Below are positions 63,891 to 64,000 of a DNA stretch of 64,000 bases, piece after piece. Source of the DNA: Pseudomonadota bacterium (GTDB lineage: Bacteria; Pseudomonadota; Alphaproteobacteria; Rhodobacterales; Rhodobacteraceae); the NCBI GenBank assembly GCA_039179985.1, contig JBCDED010000009.1, forward strand, positions 147 through 64,146, written 5' to 3'. Each line of letters opens with the position of its first letter. The stretch's first letter is position 1. Position numbers and translations under genes: made by a program. Under the pieces are notes generated by a model, which worked only from the letters and a program-made list of their open reading frames with translations, did not search any database and was not told the origin of the DNA.

Positions 63891-64000
63891 TCAATCAAAG
63901 GGTGCAAAGTCGCGGGCATCCGCCCTGCGCCACCGCATGAGGTAGCCAAATCTGTCCTCTTCCTCCCGCAAGAGGAACCCGTCCGGAAGATAGGGAAACA
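63891..64000 (-). CDS. 3' end of an unidentified ORF entering from the right edge
   Basis: Reverse-strand frame reads ...FPYLPDGFLLREEEDRFGYLMRWRRADARDFAPFD then TGA (63893..63891), with G/C-rich third positions. No family recognised. Confidence 0.3.
   Translation of the reverse strand, partial: FPYLPDGFLLREEEDRFGYLMRWRRADARDFAPFD

Noticed and set aside
1-64000. Search for CRISPR arrays, tRNA/rRNA genes, IS elements, integrases, phage or conjugation genes, long tandem or dispersed DNA repeats, and compositionally foreign islands
   Set aside because: None was seen on either strand. The only AT-rich patches are short divergent promoter spacers (about 15.65-15.74 kb, 33.40-33.50 kb and 54.42-54.54 kb). 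My scan was by eye, so low-copy dispersed repeats under ~15 nt could have been missed.

Overview
GC-rich, very gene-dense segment: about 64 CDS and almost no non-coding DNA. Gene content suggests an alphaproteobacterium, probably Rhodobacteraceae/roseobacter-type, but that is inference only. I found no rRNA, tRNA, CRISPR array, transposase, integrase or phage gene. The long ORFs lying antisense to real genes look like GC-bias artefacts. Left to right: clpX (5' part) and clpP; an H-NOX/diguanylate cyclase NO-sensing pair; an orphan non-Pyl MttB-family methyltransferase; HAD and MarR genes; DUF3572 divergent from a PleD-like diguanylate cyclase. Next comes an EF-hand / ECF sigma / membrane protein / Spy-like envelope module, then DUF983, NUDIX, DMT, a fatty acid desaturase, XRE, SDR, YceI and LysR genes. 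A sugar-type ABC operon follows, carrying an argininosuccinate-lyase-like enzyme, a small VOC protein and a PfkB kinase, divergent from ROK / PIG-L deacetylase / DMT genes. After that: a dimethylglycine-dehydrogenase-like flavoenzyme, Qor, a GMC oxidoreductase, and an Mhq-like dioxygenase/esterase pair. Then a complete form I aerobic CO dehydrogenase cluster (coxC-MSL-DEF-G-I). Then a tightly packed operon of NTF2-like, HyuB, HyuA, isochorismatase-like, ICL/PEPM-type lyase, FAD flavoprotein, glutaryl-CoA dehydrogenase and NAD(P)-binding genes, divergent from gntR, LeuCD-like hydratase and TRAP transporter genes. The window ends with kefF-kefC and a translationally coupled uronate-dehydrogenase-like gene. 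The best candidates for undescribed biology are the two uncharacterised catabolic loci at 45.5-60.3 kb and 16.6-28.1 kb. Both are inferences from domain content and gene packing, not demonstrated systems. I see no defence-island or mobile-element style novelty, and most of the window is ordinary metabolic and regulatory DNA.
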